A stretch of 64,000 bases of DNA, from contig CP129478.1 of the NCBI GenBank assembly GCA_030583845.1, positions 343,175-407,174 of the forward strand, given 5' to 3'. Below the pieces are notes generated by a model that was not told the DNA's origin, made no database searches, and was given only the letters and a program-made list of their open reading frames with translations. A program made the translations under genes and the position numbers. Source of the DNA: Candidatus Dojkabacteria bacterium (GTDB lineage Bacteria; Patescibacteriota; Dojkabacteria; SC72; JAHDCA01). This document shows positions 33,673 to 45,024 of this stretch, in pieces (the first letter of the stretch is position 1; each line of letters starts with the position of its first letter).

Positions 33673-34581
33673 CTACTCTTGTGTCCTTATCCATTTAATC
33701 GCCAGTGCCAGTGCATTATCTTCGTCGCACACCACATCCGGATTAATAACCCCGCTCTGAACCGTGCCATTTCTATCTGCAACTTGAGCTGTCGCGAGCC
33801 CAAGTATCCTCCCACAGGGCAATTTAAATGGGGTTACTCCGGTGAGATAACCTGCACTATGATTACCAAACGTCCGCGTATTACTATTTCCCATAAATGA
33901 GACCAATACCATTTCACCAGAACTGGCTGTAGCACTTCCCACAAGCAGCGCAATCGGCTTTCTCCCAATGCCATGCATAGCACGCGCACCTATCCCCACG
34001 ACATTATTGTACAAATAGTACCCACCACGGAACCCCCAAGTATAACGCTTCCCTCCCTTTGAGATAAAGTATCCTAAGACCTCTGAATCAAAAAGTTCCC
34101 CAATCCCCGCAATCATGGGCTGCATGTTACCCCCATTATTTGACCTAAGATCTATAATCCACCCCTCGACACCCATCTCGTCCATTTCTTTGATATACCC
34201 ACGCAATCTTTCAATATAGAGAGTAAACTCACTTTCATCAAAGCCTGATATGCCCGGCACTTCTATATAGCCACAGCTACTTATAAACTCTGCTTTGGGT
34301 TGAGATGCCTCACTGTTTGGCTGCTCAAACTGCCCTACCGAACTAAGGTAGGAGTGATTGTCTCCTTGCTTCCTAAGTGCAGATAGAATGTGTTCAAGAG
34401 CTGTATAATAACCGCCATCTGAAGAAGCCATCTCGACAACATCTCTTTGCAGGGCATGCTCAACCAACCCTTCTGCAAAAATAGAGTTCTCAAATACAAT
34501 TTTACAGACCTCCAACGCACAATCCTGAAAAAACGTATGCGGCCCATCTTTTACTTCTGGCCTTTTTATATCATCAATCAA
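33673..34581 (-). CDS. Peptidase S41 family protein (C-terminal processing protease-like)
   Basis: Motifs IIDLRSNNGG and VGSATASSGEM (S41 catalytic serine region). Confidence 0.65.
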   Translation of the reverse strand: MIDDIKRPEVKDGPHTFFQDCALEVCKIVFENSIFAEGLVEHALQRDVVEMASSDGGYYTALEHILSALRKQGDNHSYLSSVGQFEQPNSEASQPKAEFISSCGYIEVPGISGFDESEFTLYIERLRGYIKEMDEMGVEGWIIDLRSNNGGNMQPMIAGIGELFDSEVLGYFISKGGKRYTWGFRGGYYLYNNVVGIGARAMHGIGRKPIALLVGSATASSGEMVLVSFMGNSNTRTFGNHSAGYLTGVTPFKLPCGRILGLATAQVADRNGTVQSGVINPDVVCDEDNALALAIKWIRTQE

Positions 34582-34605
34582 ATGAATTCTACGCTATTAA
34601 TTTAC

Positions 34606-36473
34606 CTACTTCCCCCACAATTTCACAAACTCGTCGCTCGTAGTCGCCTGTTCTACCGTCTTATCCCTATCAAATTCAACTAGCCTTGGAAACCTGAGCG
34701 CCAGCCCATACCCAAGCTCACCCTTACCAGCTACATGCAGCTTACTCTTGGTGATCTCATCCGCCTCAACTGTGCTTACAACCTCTGGCGCAACCCACAC
34801 ATCGGGCTCAAGCTCGCGCGCCACACTGTACTGTTTTGGTCGATCCTTCACCTCAATCTCCTTCAATCGCATAGCGATCTCTCGCCACTGCCCATCGGTA
34901 ATGCCAGTGCCTATCTTGGTCACAGACTCGATCTTGCCGCTCTCAGGATTGTAGATTCCCCCAAGCAGCGCACCCATCCCGAACTGCGTTTTCTTTCCAG
35001 AGCCGAAGTAGTAGCCCATGATTACCACATCAATTGTATCGACAAGCTCCTTGTCCATAGACTTCTTCAGCTTTATCCACTCGAAATTTCGTCACGCCAG
35101 GCTGATACCCACCCTTCTTTGATTTTGCAATTAACCCCTCAAGCCCCTCTTCCACACTCTGGACAAAGAATGAGTCTAGCTCCTCGCGGCTCTTGATCAC
35201 TCTTGTGTCAGTCTTCGCAATCAGCGAGTCTAGCCGGCACTTCCGACAGCAACTTATCCAGCAGCTCCAGCCTCTCCTCAGTATCTTTATCCAGCAACGA
35301 TTTACCCTTATACGCCAAGATATCGAATACAAACAGCTTCACAGGGATATCAAGCGTCGCTGCATCGATACCATGCTTACGCTTCCGACTCATCGTCTCT
35401 TGAAAAGGCAGGAACGACCTAGTATCTGCATCCCACCCTATCACCTCGCAATCAAGCACGGTTCCCTCATCTATATGCTTGCTAAGCTCAGCCACTACAT
35501 CCGGGAACATGCTGGTCATCCGCTCAAGATTTCTAGAGAAAAGCTCAACGCCGCTATCCCCTGCTGACTGATCAGCTGCAAACAGCCCAAGTGCCCCACC
35601 CTCGCCAGCAGTAGAGCTGTGCATTTTCATAGGCTCAATCCATACACGCTCACCCATCGTGGATTCGACATATTTAACACCAACATGCGCCTGGCACCTC
35701 AACCCATCAAATTTTGGCTGGAAGATTATCTCCTCGCCCAGTCTAGTAAATACCTCATCAAAATCCTTCACCCTCTCAACCAGCCTCGAATGGAGCGGAA
35801 TTCCAACAACGAGCTCTCCATCTACACCTCCCTCTCCATGAGTTAGCATGCTATACAGTAGCCAACCAATATCTGGATCCACCCCGTAGCAGCGGTCGAG
35901 CCGCTCACGCATGCCCTTGTCGCCCTTGAGAGCTACCGAGATTGCATCAAGAAATGTCTTCACGCTAACACCAAGTCTCATCTTGCCCGAGACGATTCTC
36001 GCGAAAAACTTAGCCTCAACTGGAGTTAGCCGCACCAGAATCTCGCCAGCGATATTGCTCTTGGTTGCAATCGAGCCTGAGCCCGATGTATTAATTATCT
36101 TCCACAGCTGCTCATACAGATCACTTACCTGATAGCCTTCCGCTTTGCCGGAGCCATCTAATTTCTCAGAGAGCTGAAAAGCTACAAGCCCCGCATCGCC
36201 AAGCTCTGAGCGCAGCTTAGTTATATCGACCTCACCTCCAAGCTGAGTTGCGATTCCGACCATTACATTCAGCATGCTTTTCTCAGAGTAGTTAAACTCC
36301 GCAGGTACAAATAGTGGTGCCACCCTACCCATGAAGAGATATGCAGCCATAGCAAGCTGCTCACTCTCGGACCTGTTGCGGGTAATAAAGCCGGCCAACA
36401 GTGCAGTCATCTCATTGCGACTTGAGGTTGACTCCAATTTTTCGAATAGCTCAGCGAGCTCAAGAAATTTCAT
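34606..36473 (-). CDS. ATP-dependent DNA ligase, interrupted by two 1-nt frameshifts (three ORF fragments: 35208-36473, 35030-35332, 34606-35058); probably intact in vivo
   Basis: Motif I QPKFDGLR (KxDG adenylation lysine), motif IV EGLIAK, motif V restored as RNFEWIKLK only after removing one A from acgaaattt (RC of about 35083-35094), OB-domain motifs DTIDVVIMGYYFGSGKK and LRFPRLVEFDRDK. The second shift is at the ccgg run near 35230. Confidence 0.8.
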
Positions 36474-36496
36474 ATTTGCTTAAACGATATTAACTC

Positions 36497-36558
36497 AGTC
36501 CGACCACCCGACCACTTGCTCGACCCACTTGCGAAGCAAGTGGTCGGGTGGTCGGACT
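36497..36558. repeat. Family-2 complex palindrome (62 nt) between the polA stop and the ligase start
   Basis: agtccgaccacccgaccacttgctcgacccacttgcgaagcaagtggtcgggtggtcggact; 15-nt outer arms are perfectly complementary; the inner core is cccacttgc-gaa-gcaagtgg. Confidence 0.85.
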
Positions 36559-39309
36559 ACTCCTTTATCTCGGCCCAATTATCACCATACCCCCACCCCA
36601 CTTTCAACGGCAGGCTCATCTTCACGCAATTTTCCATAATCTCCTCAATCTTCTTGGCGACCTCTTCCACGACACCCTTCTCAATCTCCAGCACAAACTC
36701 GTCGTGGATCTGCAGTAGCAGGAATACTTTCTCACCCCACTCCTTATCGATCTCACGCTGGATTCCGACCATCGCCAACTTCATAATATCCGCTGCACTT
36801 CCCTGCATCGGCATATTGATTGCCTCGCGTACGGCAGCATTCATGATGCGGCTATTTGCCGAGTTTAGCCCACTCATATATCTGCGCCTGCCAAACATCG
36901 ACTCAACATAGCCTCGCGATTGCGCCTCCTGAACTGCACGATTCATATATTCAGCCACACCTGCATAGGTCTGATAGTAGGTCTTGATGTATAGATCTGC
37001 CTCTTCGGGAGAGATACCAAGCATTCGAGAGAGCCCAAACTTTGACTGACCATACAAGATACCGAAGTTTACAGTCTTGCCGACATTTCGCTGCTTTGAA
37101 GTCACCTCTTCTGCCGAGACCTTAAACAGCTTCGACGCCGTATTTCTATGAATATCAAGCCCTTCATCGAAGTACTTGATCAGTACTGGGTCATTTGATG
37201 CATCAGCGACAATTCGATACTCGATCTGTGAATAGTCAAATGAGGCTAGGCAAAATCCATCACCAGGGATAAAGAATTTCCTCACCTTCTCAGCGAGATC
37301 ACCTCTGGCTGGGATATTTTGCAGGTTGGGATTTAAGGATGAGAAGCGTCCTGAAGATGCCCCTGTCTGCACAAAGTCAGTATGGATTCGTCCATCCTCG
37401 GCGCTTTTCATTATCTCCTCAAACGGGTTTACATAGGTGCCGAGCACTTTTGCAGCTTCACGATATTGAAGAATTGACTCAATCGCTGGGTGCATCTCTT
37501 TCAATGTAAGCAGCACCTCTTCGCGTGTGCTCTTCGCCCTGCCACCACCTGGGAGGTGTAGCTCATCAAACAGCACCTCTCCCAATTGCTTAGGAGAATT
37601 GAGGTTAAACTCATGACCGACAGCTTCAAATACAGTTTTCTGCAGCAGATCGACCCTGCTCTTGCAGTTCAACCTTGAAGCTTGCTAACTCCTCTTTATC
37701 TACGCGTATCCCTCGCCTCTCCATTCGAGCCAGCGTGTATGACACTTCAGGCTCGAGCCCTTTAATGACCGCCTCAATCTCGGTATCGCAATTCTTATAA
37801 ACCTTCTTCACAGATCCGATGCGACTAGCCGCATACTCGCCTAGAGCATAGCTACCCATCTTTTCGTTGTAAGCTCCGAGCAAGCTTTTTTGAATAGTAG
37901 ACAAGTCGGACCGCATCCTGAAAATTATTGACCTCTTCATGCAAATTCTTGCCCACTTCATTAAAAATTAATGAAGTAAGGCTGTAGTCACGCAATCCAG
38001 ATGACATATGGAAGGCTGCCAATTTCAGGTCAATAAAGCTGCAGCTTACACTGTCGAAATCTACGTCAGCACCCTGAACTGCAAAAAGTGCCTCGCTGTT
38101 GTGAATTATAGTTTCACAGGGCGTCACGACCAATTTTCGCATGAGATCACTTAACAGGGTTTCACGACCCTCCCCCTCCAAGATTAACCCTGAAAGTTCT
38201 CCCGATTTATCCACAGTTGCTACCACCCACTTCCCAGACAGAGCAAGAAGGTACACTTGAGCAGCTTCATCCACCTTCTTTACCAATTCATCTTCATTAA
38301 CTTCATGAATTTCATTAAACTCGTCACTCAAAGATTCCGTGGCCTCACTACTTTCCTTAGACTCGCCGCTACTTTTAGTCTCACCAAATATACCTAGCTG
38401 ATCCCCACCTTCATCCGTTCGCGATGACTGAGGAATTTTATTGACCAGCGATCTAAACTCCAACCGCCCAAAGAGAGAGATTACCTCTTCACGATTAAAA
38501 TCGCGTAATGTAGAAGCCTCCAGAGTCAGATCCAGATCAACCGCCTGGTCAATTGTGGCTAACTCACGACTAAATTGCGCCTGCTCCACCCCCTCAGCCA
38601 GCAGCTTCTGCTGCCTTGGCTTAAGTTTATCGATATTTTCATAGATCCCCTCAAGCGACTTATACAACCCAAGCATCTCAAGAGCGCTCTTATCGCCAAT
38701 ACCCTTGATCCCTGGGATATTATCAGAAGCATCACCTACAATAGCCTTATAATCGATCACCTGCTCAGGGTAGTAGCCATACCTCTTATATGTAGTCTCG
38801 GCATCATAAAGAAGCAGATTTTTAAAGCTCCCCGCCGGCAGAGCAATACGAACCTTCGGCGTAATAAGCTGCAAAAGATCCCTATCACCCGACACAATTA
38901 CCAACTCCACGCCATAATCTTGCCACTTTCCACTATCCACCCACTTGGCGACTGTCCCCAATATATCATCCGCCTCAAACCCATCCTTTTTAATTATCGG
39001 AATATTAAATGCATTTAACACCTCTTCTACTACTGGAAACTGATCGGTTAGCGATTTATCAACAGGCTTCCTTTGAGCTTTATATTCAACATACTTTGTA
39101 TGACGGAATGTCGGCTTGGGGGTATCGAATGCGCAAAAAATATATTCAGGCTCAAACTGCTCAAGAACGCTCAGGAGCATTGCGGTAAATCCGTATACAG
39201 CATTCACCTGCAACCCGGTAGTAGTAGTCAGATTTGGAGGAAAGGCGTGAAAAGCCCTGTGGACTATTGCATTTGCATCGATTGCCAATACTGTTGGAGT
39301 TTTAGCCAT
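36557..39309 (-). CDS. polA: DNA polymerase I, interrupted by two 1-nt frameshifts (fragments 37852-39309, 37626-37961, 36557-37672); probably intact in vivo
   Basis: N-terminal 5'-3' exonuclease (MAKTPTVLAIDANAIVHRAFHAF), central region YTLARMERRGIRVD, polymerase motifs FNLNSPKQL and QIHDEFVLE. The shifts sit at an A6 run (caaaaaagc, RC of about 37881-37890) and a ggg run (caagagcagggtcg, near 37650). Confidence 0.85.
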
Positions 39310-39394
39310 AAGCGGTTTAACCTAATCATCCGCAGCCGCTAACCTATAACTCCGAACCGCAGCTTAGTAGCGTGGTAGCGGCACAACCATACAA

Positions 39395-41263
39395 TTAATT
39401 AAACAAGCTATTGAACTCGTCCCTATCAATCTCTTCCTTCTCTAGCAAAAGCTTAACCAATGTCTCTACGACTTCACGATTATCCTTAAGCACCTTGCGG
39501 GCATAGTTCAATGCCTCGTCAATAATTCCCTTTACCTCTTCATCAATCAATCGCGAAGTATGGTCACTATGATCCTTCAAGCCACCATACTGGTAGCCCA
39601 TCATTGCTGATTCTTCAGGGTCACCATACTGTACAAAACCGAGCTTATCACTCATACCGTATCGCTGAACCATTGCCCTTGCTACCTGAGTAGCCTGACT
39701 GATGTCACTTGATGCACCGGTTGTGATACTACCCAAGAACACCTCTTCTGCTGCACGGCCGGCAACACTCGACTTGATCATCGAGAGCATTCTATCTTTT
39801 GTGATCATCATTCGATCATCTTCAGGGACATACACTGTCACACCACCAGACGAGCCTCGCGACAGGATAGAGATCTTGTCGACAGGGTCGGTATGTGGAG
39901 TGAGCTTGGCAACAACTGCGTGCCCAGCCTCATGATATGCAACTCGCTTATGGTCTTCCTCGCTTCTGGTACTCTTTCGCTGTCGGCCGAGCCTCACCTT
40001 GAGGTATGCCTCAGTCAGATCACTATGAGAAATCTCTTTGCGATCATCTTTTGCGGCTGCGATAGCAGCCTCATTTAGTAGGTTCTCAAGATCAGCCCCT
40101 GAATAGCCGATCGTTTTCTTGGCGATCCTCTCGAGATCAGCATCTGCGGCAAATTTCTTATTCTTGGCGTGGACCTTCAAAATCTGGAGCCTTCCATCAT
40201 AATCAGGCATATGCACAGTCACACTCCTATCAAATCGACCAGGCCTCAAGATAGCTGGATCAAGCACATCTGGACGGTTAGTTGCGGCTAGCACAATTAC
40301 ATTCTCCCTACTCTCAAGTCCGTCCATCTCAACCAATATCTGGTTCAATGTTTGCTCGCTAGCCCCAGAATGTACTACAGTTCCCCGTTTCTTAGCCACG
40401 GCATCGATTTCGTCGATAAATATGATACATGGAGAAGCCTTCTTAGCTTTTGCGAAAAGGTCGCGGACTCTCGATGCACCAGCTCCAACAAGCATCTCTT
40501 CAAACTCAGAGCCTGAGGTATGGAAAAATGGCACACCTGCCTCACCTGCCACTGCCTTGGCGAGCAAAGTCTTACCAGTTCCCGGAGGACCTACAAGTAG
40601 AACACCCTTAGGTATCCTTGCCCCGATCGCGAGAAATTTCTTTGGATGCTTGAGGAATTCAACAATTTCAATCAGCTCTTCTTTGACCTCTTCAATTCCT
40701 GCTACATCATTAAATGTAATACCTGTTCGCTTGCCGAAGATCAAACGAGCCTTGCTCTGACCAAAATCCATAAATCTACCACCAGAGCTCTGCATCCCCT
40801 TAATCATTGAGTAGATCAAGAAGATTCCAACACCTAGCAGCACAAGGGTAATAATGTCAGCGATATTGATCGCTACATCAGGCTTAAAAGTCGCATCCTT
40901 CAGCTCGCTAGTCATCACACCTTCAGACTCCATTCGGTCGTAGAAGTTCTCATTTGGTGGAAGCACGGCATGGATCCTGGTTGCACCGACTCGCTCATCC
41001 TCTGCCTCACGCTCAAGGATCAATGTACTCTCCTGCCAGATAATCTTCTCGTAATTACCTTCTACGGTCTCTTTTACAATCTTATTGTATGAGACCTCTT
41101 CGCCGGTTGGCTCGTATGCATCAAGGAAGAACCATGTACCCAAGATTAGTAGCGCAATAACAACTGTTGAGACAATTGTATAATTTGAAGGCTTTCGCTT
41201 TGAAATCTTCCGTATATCCCCACTCCCCTTTTCTTTACTCTTTGAATCTGCCACTGCTATCAC
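39395..41263 (-). CDS. ftsH: ATP-dependent zinc metalloprotease FtsH
   Basis: N-terminal TMs, AAA Walker A GPPGTGKTLLAKAVA, SRH region, zinc-binding HEAGHAVV. Confidence 0.95.
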   Translation of the reverse strand: MIAVADSKSKEKGSGDIRKISKRKPSNYTIVSTVVIALLILGTWFFLDAYEPTGEEVSYNKIVKETVEGNYEKIIWQESTLILEREAEDERVGATRIHAVLPPNENFYDRMESEGVMTSELKDATFKPDVAINIADIITLVLLGVGIFLIYSMIKGMQSSGGRFMDFGQSKARLIFGKRTGITFNDVAGIEEVKEELIEIVEFLKHPKKFLAIGARIPKGVLLVGPPGTGKTLLAKAVAGEAGVPFFHTSGSEFEEMLVGAGASRVRDLFAKAKKASPCIIFIDEIDAVAKKRGTVVHSGASEQTLNQILVEMDGLESRENVIVLAATNRPDVLDPAILRPGRFDRSVTVHMPDYDGRLQILKVHAKNKKFAADADLERIAKKTIGYSGADLENLLNEAAIAAAKDDRKEISHSDLTEAYLKVRLGRQRKSTRSEEDHKRVAYHEAGHAVVAKLTPHTDPVDKISILSRGSSGGVTVYVPEDDRMMITKDRMLSMIKSSVAGRAAEEVFLGSITTGASSDISQATQVARAMVQRYGMSDKLGFVQYGDPEESAMMGYQYGGLKDHSDHTSRLIDEEVKGIIDEALNYARKVLKDNREVVETLVKLLLEKEEIDRDEFNSLFN

Positions 41264-41399
41264 TGTCTAAAAAATTTATACTGTGCATCTTTCTTACAAT
41301 CTCGTATGCCATACAATTATATACCAAAGCCGACTAAGTTGTATCGTACAGCGCCTTAAATTTACTCTGGATATTTAAACTGCATTGAGTTTAACAATA

Positions 41400-41476
41400 T
41401 GGTGGTGGCGACTGGAATCGAACCAGTGACCTTGGGTTTATGAATCCCATGCTCTTACCTACTGAGCTACGCCACC
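41400..41476 (-). tRNA. tRNA-Met (anticodon CAU), elongator type, CCA encoded
   Basis: Acceptor GGTGGCG/CGCCACC (G1-C72 paired, so not an initiator), anticodon loop TTCATAA, T-arm ACTGG-TTCGATT-CCAGT, A discriminator plus CCA. Confidence 0.75.
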
Positions 41477-41608
41477 CGTAGCCTTATTGTCAAAGGATCT
41501 TAACATTTTTAGCGCTATCTTGATAGTACTATGGCTTCCTTAAGCCACAATTAAGCAAAGATTACCCACCCAGCGCCTTGTACAATATATACCCCCATAG
41601 GTATATGC

Positions 41609-42178
41609 TTATACCCTACCTGTATACTCTCCAGTCTCAGTATTGATATATATAGTATCCCCCTGGTTAACAAACAAAGGCACAGCGACCCTATACCCAG
41701 TCTCAGTAGTGACAAGCTTGGTTGCCGCATTTGCTGTATTGCCACGGACAGCATCAACAGACTCGGTAACCTTTAGCTCTACAGTCGGGTTAGTACGGAT
41801 CGAAAGCGGCTTGTTTTCGTAAAACTGCACCACATATTTGTCGCCCTCTTTCATGAATTGCGCGTAATCGCCGACAAAATCAGCTGCGACAGCGATGGTT
41901 TCAAAGCTGCCTGTATCCATGAAGTAGCAAGACTCATCATCCTTATAGAGGTACTGCATCTCCTTATGCTCTGGGGTGACAGTCTCAAACTTGGTACCGG
42001 CTTTTACGGTCTTGCTTACGTTGTGACCGTTTGAGAGGTTTTTCATCTCCAATATAATGAGTCCACCCTGCCTACCCTGCGTCTTATACTTTCGCTCAAC
42101 TACGAGATGAATATTCCCATCGATCATTAGGTAGATCCCTTTTACGAGGTTATCTGTCATTGCCATGTGTCGAATCAT
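41609..42178 (-). CDS. efp: Elongation factor P
   Basis: KOW-like N-domain with KTQGRQGGLIILEMKNL, C-terminal VAVPLFVNQGDTIYINTETGEYTGRV. The true start may be the internal Met MAMTDNL. Confidence 0.85.
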   Translation of the reverse strand: MIRHMAMTDNLVKGIYLMIDGNIHLVVERKYKTQGRQGGLIILEMKNLSNGHNVSKTVKAGTKFETVTPEHKEMQYLYKDDESCYFMDTGSFETIAVAADFVGDYAQFMKEGDKYVVQFYENKPLSIRTNPTVELKVTESVDAVRGNTANAATKLVTTETGYRVAVPLFVNQGDTIYINTETGEYTGRV

Positions 42179-42336
42179 GATAATTTAATGAAGCCACCAT
42201 TACTTCCGCCACTTGGGTGAAAAATTGGAGGCAGCTGAATATACCACAAAGCTATTTGCCGGCCAACCTACCCACATGCCCAAAATGTTTGTGTAAAACG
42301 GGATATTTGTATATAATCCCAGTGCCCTCAAATCGA

Positions 42337-42408
42337 CGCGGGGTAGAGCAGTGGCAGCTCGTCAGGCTCATAACCTGAAGGTCGCTGGTTCGAGTCCAGC
42401 CCCCGCAA
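42337..42408 (+). tRNA. Initiator tRNA-fMet (anticodon CAU), no encoded CCA
   Basis: C1xA72 mismatch at the acceptor end (CGCGGGG / CCCCGCA), U8-A9, anticodon stem TCAGG/CCTGA, loop CTCATAA, T-arm GCTGG-TTCGAGT-CCAGC. Followed by the perfect hairpin atattgaaaatatcc-gaa-ggatattttcaatat (42409-42445). Confidence 0.75.
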
Positions 42409-42604
42409 TATATTGAAAATATCCGAAGGATATTTTCAATATATTAAGGTGTTGACGAGAACCAGAGGCTCGTGAGGACGCATCCCACGAATGTAATGAG
42501 TGGCAGATGCGACGTCATGCTAGATTCATTGAGGTCTTCGAGCAAAGCGAGAAGTAACCGAAATGAGATCCAGTAAGTCCAGCCCCGCAACCAATTCCAC
42601 CAGA

Positions 42605-43063
42605 TTAGATTCCTGTGTAGTAACCCTGAAAAAACTCAACCCAGTACTGATACACCTTCTTATCTCTACCCAGATTCTCTTCTTCCCCACTCTTCACTGC
42701 CTCAATATAGTGCTTAAGCTCTGGTTTCTCTAAGAGCGACTCTTGAATCACAAACACGACCTCACCATCCTGGGTGTAATTAAGGCGGTCTCTAGACTCA
42801 GTTTCCACATGGTCGTCACTGGTCACCTCCCGATTCTCTATGTATACCTCAAGATTCTCTAGCCGCAAATTATCAACTTCCTGCTTTGCATTCTCAATAA
42901 TCATTAATTTCTCTTGGGTGTGGTAGATCGTCAATCCGGTTTGATATAGCAAAAAAAAGGTCATCATGACCAGACCCAGCCGGACTAGAAGCTTTATAAG
43001 CCCACTCTGCTCTCCTTTTAGCTGCCTTCTTTTGGCACTATGCCTGGCGCTATTTTCCGCCAT
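42605..43063 (-). CDS. FtsB/DivIC-like septum formation initiator (TM plus coiled coil)
   Basis: Single N-terminal TM (LIKLLVRLGLVMMTFFLLY) followed by a leucine-zipper-like coiled coil (ENAKQEVDNLRLENLEVYIEN). Confidence 0.45.
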   Translation of the reverse strand: MAENSARHSAKRRQLKGEQSGLIKLLVRLGLVMMTFFLLYQTGLTIYHTQEKLMIIENAKQEVDNLRLENLEVYIENREVTSDDHVETESRDRLNYTQDGEVVFVIQESLLEKPELKHYIEAVKSGEEENLGRDKKVYQYWVEFFQGYYTGI

Positions 43064-43250
43064 CCTTCACTCCAGATTAATTAAAGATATCGCATTAACT
43101 ATTCACCATATTAACATACTACACCCGTCATTTTGCATTCGATAGTTTGACCTATAATCTAACCCTATGCTATAATTTTCCAGCACTATATAGGGATATA
43201 GTTTTGCTTACTGCACAAGGAAAATTGTTAAATTGTGAAAGGTTGTACCC

Positions 43251-44138
43251 ATGGGATCAATAAAGAACCCTCAATTTAAAACCCACCACGACAGCTTCAT
43301 AAACGACCTCAAAGGAAAGGGTCGGTCGGACGCCACAGTTATCGCTTACTCAAAGGATATTGAGCAGCTTTTAAATTTCTTTTCTACAAGAGGTATTTCA
43401 TCGCTGAACAATACCAGCATCGAGGATCTCGAAGCCTTTAAAAGAGACCTAGAGGATAATAACTATACACCCAAGAGTGTTTCAAGAAAGATTAACAGCA
43501 CCCGCACATTCTACAAGTACCTCTTAGACAACGGACAGATCAGCGACAATCCATCTGAGAAGCTTGCTCACCCAAAATTTGAGGTAAAGCCACCACGAAT
43601 CCTTACAGAGATGGAGTATCGAGCACTCCGCGACGTAAGCCGAGTAGACCTCCGACTCTACTCTATTGTAGAGGTGCTTTTGCAGACCGGCATCCGCATC
43701 GGAGAGCTGGCAGCACTCACAATTCACGACGTCAAAGAATCAAACAGCGGCATCAAATATCTATATATCGCTCCACAGGGCAGCCACCCAGCACGCAAGG
43801 TCCCATTGAATAAGTCGGCAAACAAAGCAATCCAAGAATATCTGAAGGTACGACCTGAATCAGATGAAGATACGCTCTACATCACAAAGAATGGTCGCCC
43901 CCTACTCGTCCGCAACATTCGTACTACGATTGATAAGGCATTTGAGAAGGCTGGCATCAAGAACGCAAAGGTTAATGACCTTCGCAACACCTTTATTGCC
44001 CACCACCTATCAAATGGTGTAAGCTTGGTCACAGTTTCAAAGCTTGTTGGTCATAAGCGTCTCTCAACAACTGAGAAGTACCTGAATCTCATCAAGAAGA
44101 ATGGTGAGGAGCAGGAGAAGAGCCTTCAGGATCTTTAG
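43251..44138 (+). CDS. Tyrosine site-specific recombinase, XerC/XerD family
   Basis: N-terminal SAM-like domain; C-terminal catalytic residues R...HxxR...Y in LRNTFIAHHLSNGVSLVTVSKLVGHKRLSTTEKY. Confidence 0.8.
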   Translation: MGSIKNPQFKTHHDSFINDLKGKGRSDATVIAYSKDIEQLLNFFSTRGISSLNNTSIEDLEAFKRDLEDNNYTPKSVSRKINSTRTFYKYLLDNGQISDNPSEKLAHPKFEVKPPRILTEMEYRALRDVSRVDLRLYSIVEVLLQTGIRIGELAALTIHDVKESNSGIKYLYIAPQGSHPARKVPLNKSANKAIQEYLKVRPESDEDTLYITKNGRPLLVRNIRTTIDKAFEKAGIKNAKVNDLRNTFIAHHLSNGVSLVTVSKLVGHKRLSTTEKYLNLIKKNGEEQEKSLQDL

Positions 44139-44179
44139 ACTGTAAAGGGATCGTGAATTAAATTACGCGTTTTAATTCC

Positions 44180-44701
44180 TTGGCCATCCCTAATCCTGCA
44201 GCTAATCAACCTCACCAGGAAGACCCTACTGAAATAACCCCGTTACTCATGATTAGTCAGGAATTCGGACTCCAAAAGCTTGCCGAGGTTCCATTCAGAA
44301 GCGTACGTGCCTATATGAGCGTGGCAGGATTCACAGAAGAGGTTCGCTTTACTCCTGATGATTCACTTACTGCGATTGCATTAGATATTCTTTCAGTATA
44401 CTTTCTCCTATACGGACGAAACGGATCTTTTTCTCCGATGCCTATAGATTCAGCCTTAAACCAACATTATTCAATAGTCTCCAACCCGATTATTTCTGAG
44501 CCAGCAGATTTCATCAACACCCCTTATACTGACAAGATAGATAACCCACACCATAATGCGGAAGGGATCTCTCTACGCAGCGTCACAATCCCACTCAACC
44601 CTGCCCTCAGGCAAGGCACACGAATATACTTGGAGCCGAATATCGATCAAGAGGTCTTTACCATATATAAGATGGTCAGCAAAAACACTCCCGAGGGTTA
44701 A
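44180..44701 (+). CDS. Hypothetical protein (173 aa)
   Basis: ORF only; 41 nt downstream of the recombinase gene. Confidence 0.35.
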   Translation: MAIPNPAANQPHQEDPTEITPLLMISQEFGLQKLAEVPFRSVRAYMSVAGFTEEVRFTPDDSLTAIALDILSVYFLLYGRNGSFSPMPIDSALNQHYSIVSNPIISEPADFINTPYTDKIDNPHHNAEGISLRSVTIPLNPALRQGTRIYLEPNIDQEVFTIYKMVSKNTPEG

Positions 44702-44715
44702 TGATTAATGGGAAA

Positions 44716-44791
44716 TGGTAGGGGTGGGTGGAATTGAACCACCGGCCACTGCTTTATAAGAACAGCGCTCTAACCACTGAGCTACACCCCC
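44716..44791 (-). tRNA. tRNA-Ile (anticodon UAU), CCA encoded
   Basis: Acceptor GGGGGTG/CACCCCT (G1-U72), D-arm GCTC-AGTGGTTA-GAGC, anticodon stem CTGTT/AGCAG, loop CTTATAA (U33, anticodon TAT, A37), T-arm GGTGG-TTCAATT-CCACC, A plus CCA. A UAU-type AUA decoder is rare. Confidence 0.7.
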
Positions 44792-44870
44792 AGATCAGCC
44801 AGAATATCCATGACATGCTCGAATTGGCTGCCTGAAGTGATTTTACCAGACTTCCAGCGAATTTTACACC

Positions 44871-44922
44871 GCCCGGCCACCCGACAACTTGCGAAGCAAG
44901 TGGGTCGGGCAAGTGGCCGGGC
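44871..44922. repeat. Family-2 palindrome (52 nt), orientation inverted relative to 36497 and 60819
   Basis: gcccggccacccgacaacttgcgaagcaagtgggtcgggcaagtggccgggc; contains the cttgcgaagcaagtgg core. Confidence 0.85.
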
Positions 44923-45024
44923 TTTATACCGTCAATCAGCCTCTCCCCCTAAAGGCGGCGGTATACATTTCAAAATCATTTTGCTAAACTGGAAAAACTA
45001 ACAACATGTTGCAAAAACTAAGTC

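Noticed and set aside
43251-44791. Integrated genomic island anchored at tRNA-Ile(UAU) with an integrase
   Set aside because: The DNA on the integrase side is core (efp, ftsH, initiator tRNA, ftsB-like) with no att-like repeat visible. The recombinase has XerC/D-type motifs. It is kept only as a low-interest finding.
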